Source of the DNA: an uncultured bacterium
GTDB taxonomy: Bacteria; Patescibacteriota; Minisyncoccia; Phycocordibacterales; GWA1-40-21
Direction: 5' to 3'
Assembly: GCA_963798465.1 (NCBI GenBank)
Contig: CAWCTC010000001.1
Coordinates: 132,315 to 196,314 of the forward strand
DNA length: 64,000 nucleotides
The notes below the pieces were generated by a model. That model worked only from the letters and a program-made list of their open reading frames with translations, had not been told where the DNA came from and searched no databases. The translations under genes were made by a program, and so were the position numbers. Below, piece by piece: positions 1-9,148 of this stretch (the stretch's first letter is position 1; every line of letters begins with the position of its first letter).

Positions 1-548
1 GTGATGCCGTTGTATGTTTTTGTAGGCATGTCTTGAAGCGCTCCTTGAGTGAGAGAATCCATGGTTGCTTGGTCCATTTGCGAACCGTCAGCCGGCTGTG
101 AAGCGATGATGTTTGACATCAAATCTTCCGCGATTTTTTGCGTGGAATTTAGTTTTTCATATTCCGCGGTTGCTTCCTGACTTTGTGCGACGAGAGTCGG
201 ATCAATTTTGTCATTCGCTTCTTGTCCTTTTGGAGCGGTGTTTGCTTTAAGTGGATCTCTGTTTTCAGTGATTTCTTCTCCATCTGGCGTGCCATCTCCG
301 TCCGTATCAATATTATGAGGGTCTGTGCCGTAAAGAATTTCTTTCCAATCTGGCAGTCCATCGCCATCTGAATCCATGGTCATGACTGAAGATGTAGCGT
401 TTGCATCTGAAGCTGTCAAATTATTATTACTATATTTTGTGGTGCTTGGTCTCCAGTAATTTAAAATTATAATAACAACAACCAAAACAATTGCTGCTGA
501 AAGCGCTATTATAAAATTTTTTGATGGCAGATATTTTTTATTTATCAT
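1..548 (-). CDS. membrane-anchored protein with DxDxDG (thrombospondin type-3-like) Ca-binding repeats; C-terminus runs off the window
   Basis: ATG at 548-546 opens an uninterrupted minus frame to the window edge (absent from the ORF track because no stop lies in the window). N-terminal TM segment IIALSAAIVLVVVIIIL. Repeats DSDGDGLPDWKE and DTDGDGTPDGEE. Confidence 0.6.
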   Translation of the reverse strand, partial: MINKKYLPSKNFIIALSAAIVLVVVIIILNYWRPSTTKYSNNNLTASDANATSSVMTMDSDGDGLPDWKEILYGTDPHNIDTDGDGTPDGEEITENRDPLKANTAPKGQEANDKIDPTLVAQSQEATAEYEKLNSTQKIAEDLMSNIIASQPADGSQMDQATMDSLTQGALQDMPTKTYNGI

Positions 549-598
549 TTATGAAAGGTTATTAGCTAAAATGTTTTAGAAATAAAAAATAAAGAGGT

Positions 599-1720
599 TT
601 AATTACATACCCATTCACCAAACGTACACCAGCTGCCAAACTGCCAACCATGGCAGTGGCAGCTGGGGATACAAGATTGAACCGCCGCAGGTTCTGGTTC
701 AGATCCTCCTTGCGGCAGAACTGCAACAAGTTCAACTTCCTTTGTGACCGTACGAGTTTGGGTCCAGCTGGTTGTATGGGGGCTGTTTGTACAAGATCCC
801 CAATCGCCGACAACATACCAATAATAGGGAATAGTATTTTGTGCAGTTGGCACAACAGAAGGTGTAACTGGGACTGGATTATTTTGAGTTATGTTTATTT
901 TTGATACTGAAATTGGTGTTACTGATGTTTGTGTTGATGTTGAACTCCCCGTCAAAGATTTATTTAACAATTGGTTCAACTTTTTCCTCGTCGAAGGACC
1001 GACTGTTCCTGTGCCTGTCGTCAGACCGTAAGGAGTTAATATTTCACTTGCATATTTCATCTGAAATTTTGATACAGCAACTGCTGTCGCTTCATCATAA
1101 AGATTTTGCGCTCCTGCCGGCGATGTCATAGTATAAACCAAAGCTGTGTCTGGATCGGAATTCAAAACTGTTTTTAATAAAATTACATCATCGCCGGTAT
1201 CTCCGAGCGATAAATCTCTATTGAATGCAGTTATAGGTGCAGTGGATGTCGATACGACGACAGGAACGAAATCGCTTAATTTTATATTGTATTGGGTAGC
1301 CAAAGTATTCAGCTTGGCTATTGTTGTCGTTCCGACAATTCCATCGCCTGATGCTGGCAAACCTGCAGGTATGATTATATCAAGCGGATATTTTTGCTGA
1401 AATACCTTTACGGCATTTTGTGTTGCACTTCCGAATGTGCCGGTGACTGGAAGCTGTGCTTTAGTTTCCAAATTTAATATTGCCTGCAGAGCTGAAACAT
1501 CTTGTCCTGAAGAGCCGACTGTTAAAACTCTGGTAAAAACTGGCGTGTAAGCAACAGGCGTTGTCGTCGTGCTTGGCGTCGGTCCCAGAATAACTACCGC
1601 AGATTGTGCCGATTGAACGACTAAGAATAGAGTGAATAAAACAAAGACAGCCAAAGACATTTTTTCAAGCCAGCCTGGAAGCCTGCTATTGAAAGAAAAG
1701 TTAGATTTTTGATTGTTCAT
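599..1720 (-). CDS. secreted/anchored protein with two peptidoglycan-binding (PG_binding_1-like) repeats and a Trp/Cys-rich C-terminal module
   Basis: N-terminal hydrophobic signal. Two repeats of the type LxxGxxGxDVxxLQxxL...G.FG..T..AV..FQ. C-terminus GDWGSC...SWTQTRTV...GWQFGSWC. Confidence 0.6.
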   Translation of the reverse strand: MNNQKSNFSFNSRLPGWLEKMSLAVFVLFTLFLVVQSAQSAVVILGPTPSTTTTPVAYTPVFTRVLTVGSSGQDVSALQAILNLETKAQLPVTGTFGSATQNAVKVFQQKYPLDIIIPAGLPASGDGIVGTTTIAKLNTLATQYNIKLSDFVPVVVSTSTAPITAFNRDLSLGDTGDDVILLKTVLNSDPDTALVYTMTSPAGAQNLYDEATAVAVSKFQMKYASEILTPYGLTTGTGTVGPSTRKKLNQLLNKSLTGSSTSTQTSVTPISVSKINITQNNPVPVTPSVVPTAQNTIPYYWYVVGDWGSCTNSPHTTSWTQTRTVTKEVELVAVLPQGGSEPEPAAVQSCIPSCHCHGWQFGSWCTFGEWVCN

Positions 1721-1827
1721 ATTTTTATATACGTGGCTATTAAAACTATCAATATTATATAATTAATATTGGCAAATTACAAAGATAAAACTTCTAAGAT
1801 AAAAAACTTTTTAAAATGCCGTTTTTA

Positions 1828-2679
1828 TCAAATCAGTTTTTTTATCAACTCTTTCCAGTCTTCAAGCTTCAAGTCTTCCGAACGGGCTTTTTCCGGTATT
1901 TTAAGCTCATGGAATATTTTCTGCAGGTCATTTTTGCCGAATTTTTCTTTCAGATTGACTATTAGCATCTTTCTTTTGTGTGCAAAACCAGCTTTTATGA
2001 CTTCAAAGAATTTTTCCTCGGTGATTTCCTTGCTTGCCACGAGAGCTTTAGCTTTTTCGTGGCTTGCCACGAGGTCAGCAGACTTTTCGTGGAAAAAATC
2101 CTTAGAAATATTGTCTACAAGTAAAATTGCAGAATCAACTTTTGGTGCAGGGCTGAAGTTTTCTTTCTCAACTTTCATTATTTTCTTGGGAATTCCATAG
2201 GCTTTTACTGACAAAGAAAGCAAACTTTCCTTTAAATCTCTGGCGATTATCCTGTCAGCTATCTCTTTTTGCACCATTATTACCAGTTTTTTCGGCTGGA
2301 TGCTTCCGGAAAGGAATTTTCTGAAAATCAGACCTGTAATATAGTATGGAATGTTGGCTATCAACTTATAATCCACAGTTTTAAAACCAAGTTTTTCCAA
2401 ATCTAATTCTAAAATATCGCCATGAATAAGGCTAAATTGACCGTTTTGGATTTCAGACGCGAATTTCTCTTTTAAGTATTCGATGAGTCGGTCGTCTTTT
2501 TCCACAGCGATGACTTTTGCCTCAGTTTCAAGAATTTTTTCAGTCAAAGCTCCCTGCCCTGGCCCGATTTCGAGAACCCGGTCATTTGAATTAATTTCCC
2601 CAGCTTTTATCATCGCCAAAAGAGCAGTTTTTGATTTCAAAAAGTTCTGACCGAGCGATTTTTTTGCATGTATTTCCAT
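1828..2679 (-). CDS. rsmA: 16S rRNA (adenine1518/1519-N6)-dimethyltransferase
   Basis: KSLGQNFL and EIGPGQGALT SAM-binding motifs typical of KsgA/RsmA. Ends in TGA. Confidence 0.9.
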   Translation of the reverse strand: MEIHAKKSLGQNFLKSKTALLAMIKAGEINSNDRVLEIGPGQGALTEKILETEAKVIAVEKDDRLIEYLKEKFASEIQNGQFSLIHGDILELDLEKLGFKTVDYKLIANIPYYITGLIFRKFLSGSIQPKKLVIMVQKEIADRIIARDLKESLLSLSVKAYGIPKKIMKVEKENFSPAPKVDSAILLVDNISKDFFHEKSADLVASHEKAKALVASKEITEEKFFEVIKAGFAHKRKMLIVNLKEKFGKNDLQKIFHELKIPEKARSEDLKLEDWKELIKKLI

Positions 2680-2682
2680 AAT

Positions 2683-3390
2683 TTAGAGGCAAGGCCTCTC
2701 AGTTGTTATTCCTCCAATTCCTTTTGTTGTTCCTTCTGTCTCATTAACTCACCCAATGAATCAGAAAGGAATTTTTTATAAGAATTTTTGCTATTAAATT
2801 GTTCAAGTATTATAGACTTATCACAAATACCGTTTAAATCCTTAGTATATTCATCTAAACTTGAGAATACTTTATCTGTATTTATCTTATGTATTTTATC
2901 ATTTAGATTTACATAAGCACTTAAATATAGCAAATATTCATTATCTTTTATATATTTCGCCTTAAATTTACCTTGGAATAATGATCCAGTTCTTTTTTCT
3001 TTATTATTAAAATATAAAGTATAGCCAGTTCCAAGTCTTTGCATAAATTGTGATATTCCGTTATCAGAAATCTGTTTTACTATTAAATGAAAATGATTTT
3101 GATTTAGACAATATGCAATTATTTCAACAAGACGATTTTGATTTTGAGTATTTTGTAATTTTTTATTTTCTAAAAAAGATTTCGAATATAAACCGCCAAA
3201 AGTTTGTTCAGTATTTAATTCAATAATACTTTCTAAAAACCTCTCATAATCATCATTTTTACCAAATATAATCCTCTTATCAATACCACGATTATATATG
3301 TGATATATTTCATTATTAATAAATGGCACTTTTCTAGAACTCATATTGTAAATATTAACAAAATTAAAACTTAGAGGCAAGGCCTCTAAG
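2683..3390 (-). mobile_element. IS200/RAYT-like single-gene unit bracketed by identical hairpin repeats
   Basis: TTAGAGGCAAGGCCTCT (stem AGAGGC/GCCTCT) occurs at 2683-2700 and 3371-3390. The two copies flank the Y1 transposase-like gene exactly, between the uvrD stop and the ksgA start. Confidence 0.5.
2706..3344 (-). CDS. HUH-Y1 transposase-like protein (IS200-like / REP-associated tyrosine transposase family)
   Basis: YHIYNRG, an HUH motif (NHFHLIV), GSLFQGKFK, and a C-terminal Tyr region (EYLLYLSAYVNLN). Start moved to the internal MSSRK because the longer ORF overlaps the uvrD 3' end. Confidence 0.65.
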   Translation of the reverse strand: MSSRKVPFINNEIYHIYNRGIDKRIIFGKNDDYERFLESIIELNTEQTFGGLYSKSFLENKKLQNTQNQNRLVEIIAYCLNQNHFHLIVKQISDNGISQFMQRLGTGYTLYFNNKEKRTGSLFQGKFKAKYIKDNEYLLYLSAYVNLNDKIHKINTDKVFSSLDEYTKDLNGICDKSIILEQFNSKNSYKKFLSDSLGELMRQKEQQKELEE

Positions 3391-5385
3391 TTACCATTCA
3401 AGGTACACGATTTTCTCCCGATATTCAAATTTTTCTTCTTCCAAAAAGCCATTGTCGAATTCCCCAAGAAAAATTGATGGAAGATTCATCTGCATCGAAC
3501 CGAAAATCGTTCTCATTTCTGCATAAGTCATAAATAATTTTTTTCTTGCGCGCGTGACAGCGACATAAAATAATCTCCTCTCCTCCTCCATTTCTTCCGG
3601 AGTTTTTTCTGCACCGCTCATTCCTTGGTGCGGAAATAAATCTTGTTCAAGTCCGGTAATGAAAACATAATCGAATTCCAAACCTTTTGAAGCATGCACT
3701 GTCATCAGCTTCACCGCATTTTCATTTTTTTCTAATGTATCTTGATCCGAAGCAAGCGAACATTCTTCCAAAAGTTTTTCTACGCCTTCAAGTTTTGGCA
3801 AGTGATCGTATTTGATTGCGAGAGTTGCAAGCTCGCGCATGTTTTCCAATCTTTCTTTATCTTCGTCTCCGCCTTTTTGCAATTCGAGTTCAATTCCCGA
3901 TTCGCGAATTATAAATCGAATTACTTCAGATGGTTTTATACTTTCAGCTTCTTTCTTGATTCTCAAAAGCAAATTGAAAAAAGTATTTACTTTTTCTTTC
4001 ACACCGAGCGGAAGTTCATCTTTTTTTCCTTCAAATATTTTTAATATCGTGACTTTGCCGATTCCTCTTGCCGGAACATTTATAATTCTTTTTATATCAG
4101 ACAAACTTTCCGGATTCAAACTCGCGCGAAGAAAAGCCAGAATATCTTTTACTTCTTTTCTTTCAAAAAATTTTGTTCCAAGGACTTGGTACGGAACATT
4201 TTCTGTGAGAAATGCTTCTTCGAGAACGCGCGATTGAAAATTTGCGCGGTAAAGCACTGCAATTTCTCTCGGACTTGCTCCGTTTGCAATCAATTCTTGC
4301 GATTTTCTGGCTATAAATCTAGCTTCTTCAGTTTCATTTAAAGCCTTAAAAAATGAGACTTTTTCGCCTTCGGCGTTCTTTGTAAAGAGATTTTTTTCAC
4401 GTCTCAATTTATTATTTTTTATTACTTCATTTGCGACGGCGAGAATAGTTTGTGTCGAGCGATAATTTTGTTCAAGCAGAATTATTTTTGCTTCCGGATA
4501 ATCTTCTTCGAAACTCAAAATATTTTGAATGTCTGCACCGCGCCAGCTGTAAATACTTTGATCGATATCTCCTACCACGCAGATATTCCTATTTTTTGCA
4601 GCTAAAAGTTTTGCTGTCATATATTGGACTTTGTTTGTATCTTGGTATTCATCAATATGAATGTATTTCCAAAGATTCTGATATATTTCTAAAACTTCCG
4701 GATGATTTTTTAAAATATTGTAAGTTTTCAAAAGTAAATCATCGAAATCAAGAGCTTTTTCCTGTGCAAGTTTTTTTTCATACATTGGCCAGACTTTTCC
4801 GACGACTGCTTGCAGAGTGTATCCATTTTTATCTGAACCAGCAGAATATTCTTCCACGGAAACTAAATTACCTTTTTCCCTTGAAATAATATTCAAGATT
4901 TTGCTCGGTTCAAATTGTTTTGGATCTATATCCAAACTTTTCAAGCAATCTTTCACAAGTTTTGAAGAGTCGCTCCTGTCCATGATGCTGAAATTTCTCG
5001 TGAGGCCGATGAGCCGAGCGTTTTCTTTAAGAATATGAACGCCGAGAGAATGAAATGTGCTGATGAATGGTTTGTGATTGTAACTTACGGGAAAATTCAA
5101 ACTTTTCTCTTCAGAAATAATTTTCTCAACTCTTTCGCGCATTTCTTTTGAAGCTTTGTTCGTAAATGTGATAGCCAATATGCTTTCGGGACTTACTCCT
5201 TCTTTTATTAAATGTAAGATTCTGTGAGAAATCGTCTTAGTCTTTCCAGCTCCTGCTCCGGCGATTATTAAGATCGGTCCGTCTTTTTGTAAAACAGCTT
5301 CTTTTTGTTGTTCGTTTAGTCCTTCCAGATGAGTCATCGAATAAACCCGCTCACCTACTTTATTATTTTGATGATTATTATCCAT
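3391..5385 (-). CDS. uvrD: ATP-dependent DNA helicase, UvrD/PcrA/Rep family
   Basis: Walker A motif AGAGAGKTKT, DEYQDTN, and YRSTQ helicase motifs. 664 aa, intact. Confidence 0.9.
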   Translation of the reverse strand: MDNNHQNNKVGERVYSMTHLEGLNEQQKEAVLQKDGPILIIAGAGAGKTKTISHRILHLIKEGVSPESILAITFTNKASKEMRERVEKIISEEKSLNFPVSYNHKPFISTFHSLGVHILKENARLIGLTRNFSIMDRSDSSKLVKDCLKSLDIDPKQFEPSKILNIISREKGNLVSVEEYSAGSDKNGYTLQAVVGKVWPMYEKKLAQEKALDFDDLLLKTYNILKNHPEVLEIYQNLWKYIHIDEYQDTNKVQYMTAKLLAAKNRNICVVGDIDQSIYSWRGADIQNILSFEEDYPEAKIILLEQNYRSTQTILAVANEVIKNNKLRREKNLFTKNAEGEKVSFFKALNETEEARFIARKSQELIANGASPREIAVLYRANFQSRVLEEAFLTENVPYQVLGTKFFERKEVKDILAFLRASLNPESLSDIKRIINVPARGIGKVTILKIFEGKKDELPLGVKEKVNTFFNLLLRIKKEAESIKPSEVIRFIIRESGIELELQKGGDEDKERLENMRELATLAIKYDHLPKLEGVEKLLEECSLASDQDTLEKNENAVKLMTVHASKGLEFDYVFITGLEQDLFPHQGMSGAEKTPEEMEEERRLFYVAVTRARKKLFMTYAEMRTIFGSMQMNLPSIFLGEFDNGFLEEEKFEYREKIVYLEW

Positions 5386-5527
5386 AATTTAGACTTGATT
5401 TTATATTGTTATCATTTTTTATTAGTATACCGGTAGGTGTACGGGTAAATATAACATACGAAAGTTGAATCAGAAAATTAAAAGTTAAAAAATTAAAATT
5501 TAGACCTTAACCGAAAATAAAAAGTGC

Positions 5528-5536
5528 TGTGGATAA
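5528..5536 (-). promoter_or_regulatory. perfect DnaA-box 9-mer (TTATCCACA on the minus strand)
   Basis: TGTGGATAA read on the plus strand, in the uvrD / M23-peptidase divergent intergenic region. Confidence 0.35.
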
Positions 5537-5781
5537 GTTGTTTGACCTCCATCGCTCAAATGGTATCATTATTCCCGTACCGCTAATGATGATTGATTGT
5601 TTAAATATGGCTTTGTTTAGCCATATTATACAGAAAAGACAGAATCCCTTTAAAAAATCGGCTTATTTTAAGAAAAAAATCTATATTTGGCTCTAAAAGC
5701 GAGAAAAACTCCAAGAGTCAGCCCATAAGTTCTAAGTTTTTAACTGTTTTCACGAAATGGTCTACGGTTTTTATTTTTACT

Positions 5782-6864
5782 TTGGGTTTTATTTATATAA
5801 TCCCGTTTCTTGCAAATGCAAATATTGTGTCTGATATTTCAACTTTATTTTCAGGCAATTCCCAAGTCGTGGCTCCCGATGACAGTCAAACACCTGATGA
5901 CTCAAATTCTCAAAATGTGCCCCTGCTTGCAAGCAGCGTAAATTTGAATGCTAATGCTGCAGTCGGTGGAGGAAATATTACTGTTTCAGATGACGGCGAG
6001 GCATTGATGTCTGAAAGCGGTCCTTCTGGGACGATTGCGGATATCGGAGATACTGTTAACACAGGTCAGATTAGTAAATATACTGTGAGAGCCGGTGACA
6101 ATTTGTCATCTATCGCAAAAATGTATGGAGTTACAACAAATACAATTGTTTGGGCAAATAATCTTTCCAAAGCAACTATTCATACTGGCGAATCGCTTTT
6201 GATCTTACCTGTTTCTGGAACAATACATACTGTTGTAAAAGGAGATACATTAGCATCAATTGCAAAAAAATATAATGCTGATGTTGGAGACATCGCGGAG
6301 TTCAATGGTTTGGATTCCAAAGTGCCGCTTGTTGTTGGCAATACGTTGATTATTCCAAATGGAGAAGGTTCAGTTGAAATCAGCGGAAGTGTTACAACAA
6401 ATTCTTCAAATCCGTTTGCTGCCGGAGGGGCATATTACAATCCTTACAGAGGAGGAAGTGGTTCAAACGAAGACAGTTATTATGTCAGACCTCTTGCCGG
6501 GGGAATTATGACGCAAGGTTTGCATGGATATAACGCAGTCGATATAGGAACTCCTATCGGAACGCCGATATATGCTGCGGCAGCCGGACAAGTCATAGTT
6601 GCCAGATCTTCTGGATGGAATGGAGGTTACGGAAATTATATTGTTATTTCTCACGATAATGGAACGCAAACTCTTTATGCTCACTTGAGCCAAGTTCTTG
6701 TCAGCGAAGGAGAAAGTGTCGCACAAGGACAGACAATCGGTCTTTCAGGAAACACCGGAGATGTCTTCCCTGCACCGACAGCGGCTCATCCAAACTCTGG
6801 TGCGCATTTACACTTTGAAGTCAGAGGCGCGCATAACTTCATGCTGAATAAAAGTGAATATTAA
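5782..6864 (+). CDS. LysM-domain M23 family metallopeptidase
   Basis: Two LysM repeats (YTVRAGDNLSSIAKMYG and HTVVKGDTLASIAKKYN) and the M23 signature GNTG...HLHFEVR. Confidence 0.85.
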   Translation: MGFIYIIPFLANANIVSDISTLFSGNSQVVAPDDSQTPDDSNSQNVPLLASSVNLNANAAVGGGNITVSDDGEALMSESGPSGTIADIGDTVNTGQISKYTVRAGDNLSSIAKMYGVTTNTIVWANNLSKATIHTGESLLILPVSGTIHTVVKGDTLASIAKKYNADVGDIAEFNGLDSKVPLVVGNTLIIPNGEGSVEISGSVTTNSSNPFAAGGAYYNPYRGGSGSNEDSYYVRPLAGGIMTQGLHGYNAVDIGTPIGTPIYAAAAGQVIVARSSGWNGGYGNYIVISHDNGTQTLYAHLSQVLVSEGESVAQGQTIGLSGNTGDVFPAPTAAHPNSGAHLHFEVRGAHNFMLNKSEY

Positions 6865-6915
6865 ATAAAAATACAAAAGGGCGGCCGCTTCGCGGCCGCC
6901 CTTTTGTATTTTATT
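6864..6915. terminator. bidirectional GC-rich stem-loop terminator
   Basis: Core GGGCGGCCGC-TTCG-GCGGCCGCCC flanked by A/T runs, between convergent genes. Confidence 0.8.
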
Positions 6916-6924
6916 TTTTTTAAT

Positions 6925-8493
6925 TTACTGATTTCTTTTTGGTCTGTATTGAAGCGCTTCGAGAATATGCGATGAGTTTATTGTTTCATTTCCTTCCAAA
7001 TCCGCGATAGTTCTTCCGAGTTTTATTATTCTATGATATGCGCGGGCTGACAAATCTAATTTTTTAGCTGAAGTATTTAAAATTTCCTTTGCGCTATCTT
7101 CCAGTCCGGAGATTTTATTTATGTCTTTCGCTTCCATCTCGCTGTTTGTTTTTATTTTTCTGCCAGCTTCGGCAAATCTTTTTTTCTGAATTTCTCGCGC
7201 AGAGATTACTCGTTTTTTTATTTCAGCGGTTTCTTTTTTGCCGGAATCTTTTTCGGCGAGCTTTTCGTAATTGATTTGTGAAACTTCAACCCACATGTCT
7301 ATTCTGTCGATTATTGGTCCAGAAATTTTTCTCTGATACCTTAGCAAGTCCATCGGCTTGCAGATGCATTCCTTTGTTTTTGAGCCGAAGTTTCCGCAAG
7401 GGCAAGGATTCATTGCTGCAATCAAAATGAAATTTGCCGGGAAAGTTATTGTTCCTTTCGATCTTGAAATAGTTATCTCGCCTTCTTCAAGCGGTTCGCG
7501 TAAAGTTTCAATAACTTTCCTGTCAAATTCTGGAAACTCATCCAAAAATAAAACACCGCGATGTGCGAGAGTTATTTCTCCAGGTTTTGGAGTTGCTCCT
7601 CCGCCGACAATCGAAACATATGAAGCAGTATGATGCGGAGCTCTGACTGGTGATTTTGTAATGATATCTTTTTTCAAAACACCTGCGACGGAATGAATTG
7701 AAGTTATTTCCAGAATTTCGTCAAAAGAAAGTGTTGGCAGAATATGCGCGAAAGCTTTTGCCAGCATTGTTTTTCCGGTTCCTGGAGGTCCGTACATTGC
7801 AATATTGTGTCCGCCTGCAGCTGCGATTTCTAATCCCCTTTTTGCAGTTTCCTGACCTTTTATTTCACTGAAATCAATAAGCATCTCGTCAACTTCCGAG
7901 ATTATTTCTGTCGGAGGCTGTTGTTCCAGTTTTTTTGAAATATTTTCTTCTTTTTGTTTTTCTTTGATTAATTTTTTTGTATTCAAATGTTCGATTATTT
8001 CTTTCAGATTGTTCGCACTGTAAATTTTAATATCGGAAATCAGCGCGGCTTCTTTTGCATTTTCTTTCGGCAGGAAGACTTCGAGGAATCCGCTTGCTTT
8101 GGCCTGCGCGACTATCGGAAGCACGCCGTTTATTCTTCTCAGATTTCCATCAAGCGAAAGCTCACCCAAGAAAAGTATTTTTTCCGCATTAAATTCTATT
8201 TCTTCATTTGCAAGTAGATATGCGAGAGAAATTGCAACATCAAAAATCGGTCCTTCTTTCTTTATGTCCGCGGGAGCAAGCGAGACGACGACTTTTTGAT
8301 TCAAACTTTTTGGAGAAGTGAAACCGGAATTTTTTATTGAAGCTGAAACTCTGTCCCGTGATTCCTCGACTCCCTTGTCCGGCAAACCGACGATAGTGAA
8401 ATTATGCAATCCCTTTGAAAGATCGATTTCAACATCAATTATTTTTGCGCCAAGGCCTATCGTCTGTGCGCTGAAAGTTTTTGCAAAGCTCAT
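6925..8493 (-). CDS. comM: Mg-chelatase-like AAA+ ATPase, YifB/ComM family
   Basis: N-terminal Lon-like domain, Walker A motif GPPGTGKT, C-terminal ChlI-type domain. 522 aa, intact. Confidence 0.9.
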   Translation of the reverse strand: MSFAKTFSAQTIGLGAKIIDVEIDLSKGLHNFTIVGLPDKGVEESRDRVSASIKNSGFTSPKSLNQKVVVSLAPADIKKEGPIFDVAISLAYLLANEEIEFNAEKILFLGELSLDGNLRRINGVLPIVAQAKASGFLEVFLPKENAKEAALISDIKIYSANNLKEIIEHLNTKKLIKEKQKEENISKKLEQQPPTEIISEVDEMLIDFSEIKGQETAKRGLEIAAAGGHNIAMYGPPGTGKTMLAKAFAHILPTLSFDEILEITSIHSVAGVLKKDIITKSPVRAPHHTASYVSIVGGGATPKPGEITLAHRGVLFLDEFPEFDRKVIETLREPLEEGEITISRSKGTITFPANFILIAAMNPCPCGNFGSKTKECICKPMDLLRYQRKISGPIIDRIDMWVEVSQINYEKLAEKDSGKKETAEIKKRVISAREIQKKRFAEAGRKIKTNSEMEAKDINKISGLEDSAKEILNTSAKKLDLSARAYHRIIKLGRTIADLEGNETINSSHILEALQYRPKRNQ

Positions 8494-8658
8494 TTACCCG
8501 AGAAAATTTTTACTAATAAAAAAGTTGTTTTTGGCATATATTTATTCTAAGTTCATTTTAAACCATATCATCATTTTTAGCCAACTTTTTTGCACGGAAT
8601 ATCCTTTTTATTACAAAAAATTATATTCCGTGCATTAGTAAAAACTTTAACGGGTGAA
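8494..8658 (-). promoter_or_regulatory. inverted-repeat leader element, copy 1 (upstream of comM)
   Basis: Read on the minus strand, the 5' arm TTCACCCGTTAAAGTTTTTAC pairs with the 3' arm GTAAAAATTTTCTCGGGTAA. The 3' arm directly abuts the ATG. TGTATAAT -10 box at 8665-8672 (minus). Confidence 0.6.
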
Positions 8659-8693
8659 GAAAACATTATACAGGCAAATTTTAAAAAACAAAA

Positions 8694-8732
8694 TTAAAAG
8701 AGGGTTTTCGCTCTGCGAAAACCCTCTTTTAA
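8694..8732. terminator. stem-loop terminator after the dksA-like gene
   Basis: AAAAGAGGGTTTTCG-CTCT-GCGAAAACCCTCTTTT. Confidence 0.75.
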
Positions 8733-8744
8733 TTTTTATTTTTC

Positions 8745-9137
8745 TTATTTTTTCGAATGTTCGATGCAAGTTCTTGCGGAAGGATTCGCTTCCAGCCTTT
8801 CTTCTGGAATATTTTCTCCGCCGACTTCGCACTTTCCATAAGTTCCATTTTTTATTTTTTCCAGTGCAATCTTTATATCGTCATATTGTTTCTGCAGCCT
8901 TTGCAATAAAGATTCATTTTCATCAAAATTTTCCAATTCATCCGCGACTTCATCGTCATCCGCGCCGTCAAAGTTCAAATCCGTTTCCACAGCTTCCCAT
9001 TCATCCGGATTTTCTGGATTTCTTCGGGCAATTTTACTTATTTCGCTTTCCACCAATTTCATCTCGTCGTCCAATTTTATTTTAAGTTTTTTTATATCCA
9101 TATGTATAAATTGTAACAAACTATATTTATTAGACAA
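8745..9137 (-). CDS. DksA/TraR family C4-type zinc-finger protein
   Basis: GKCEVGGENIPEERLEANPSARTCIEH motif. The true start may be the internal MDIKK at 9101. Confidence 0.75.
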   Translation of the reverse strand: MSNKYSLLQFIHMDIKKLKIKLDDEMKLVESEISKIARRNPENPDEWEAVETDLNFDGADDDEVADELENFDENESLLQRLQKQYDDIKIALEKIKNGTYGKCEVGGENIPEERLEANPSARTCIEHSKK

Positions 9138-9148
9138 GTTCTGTTTTT

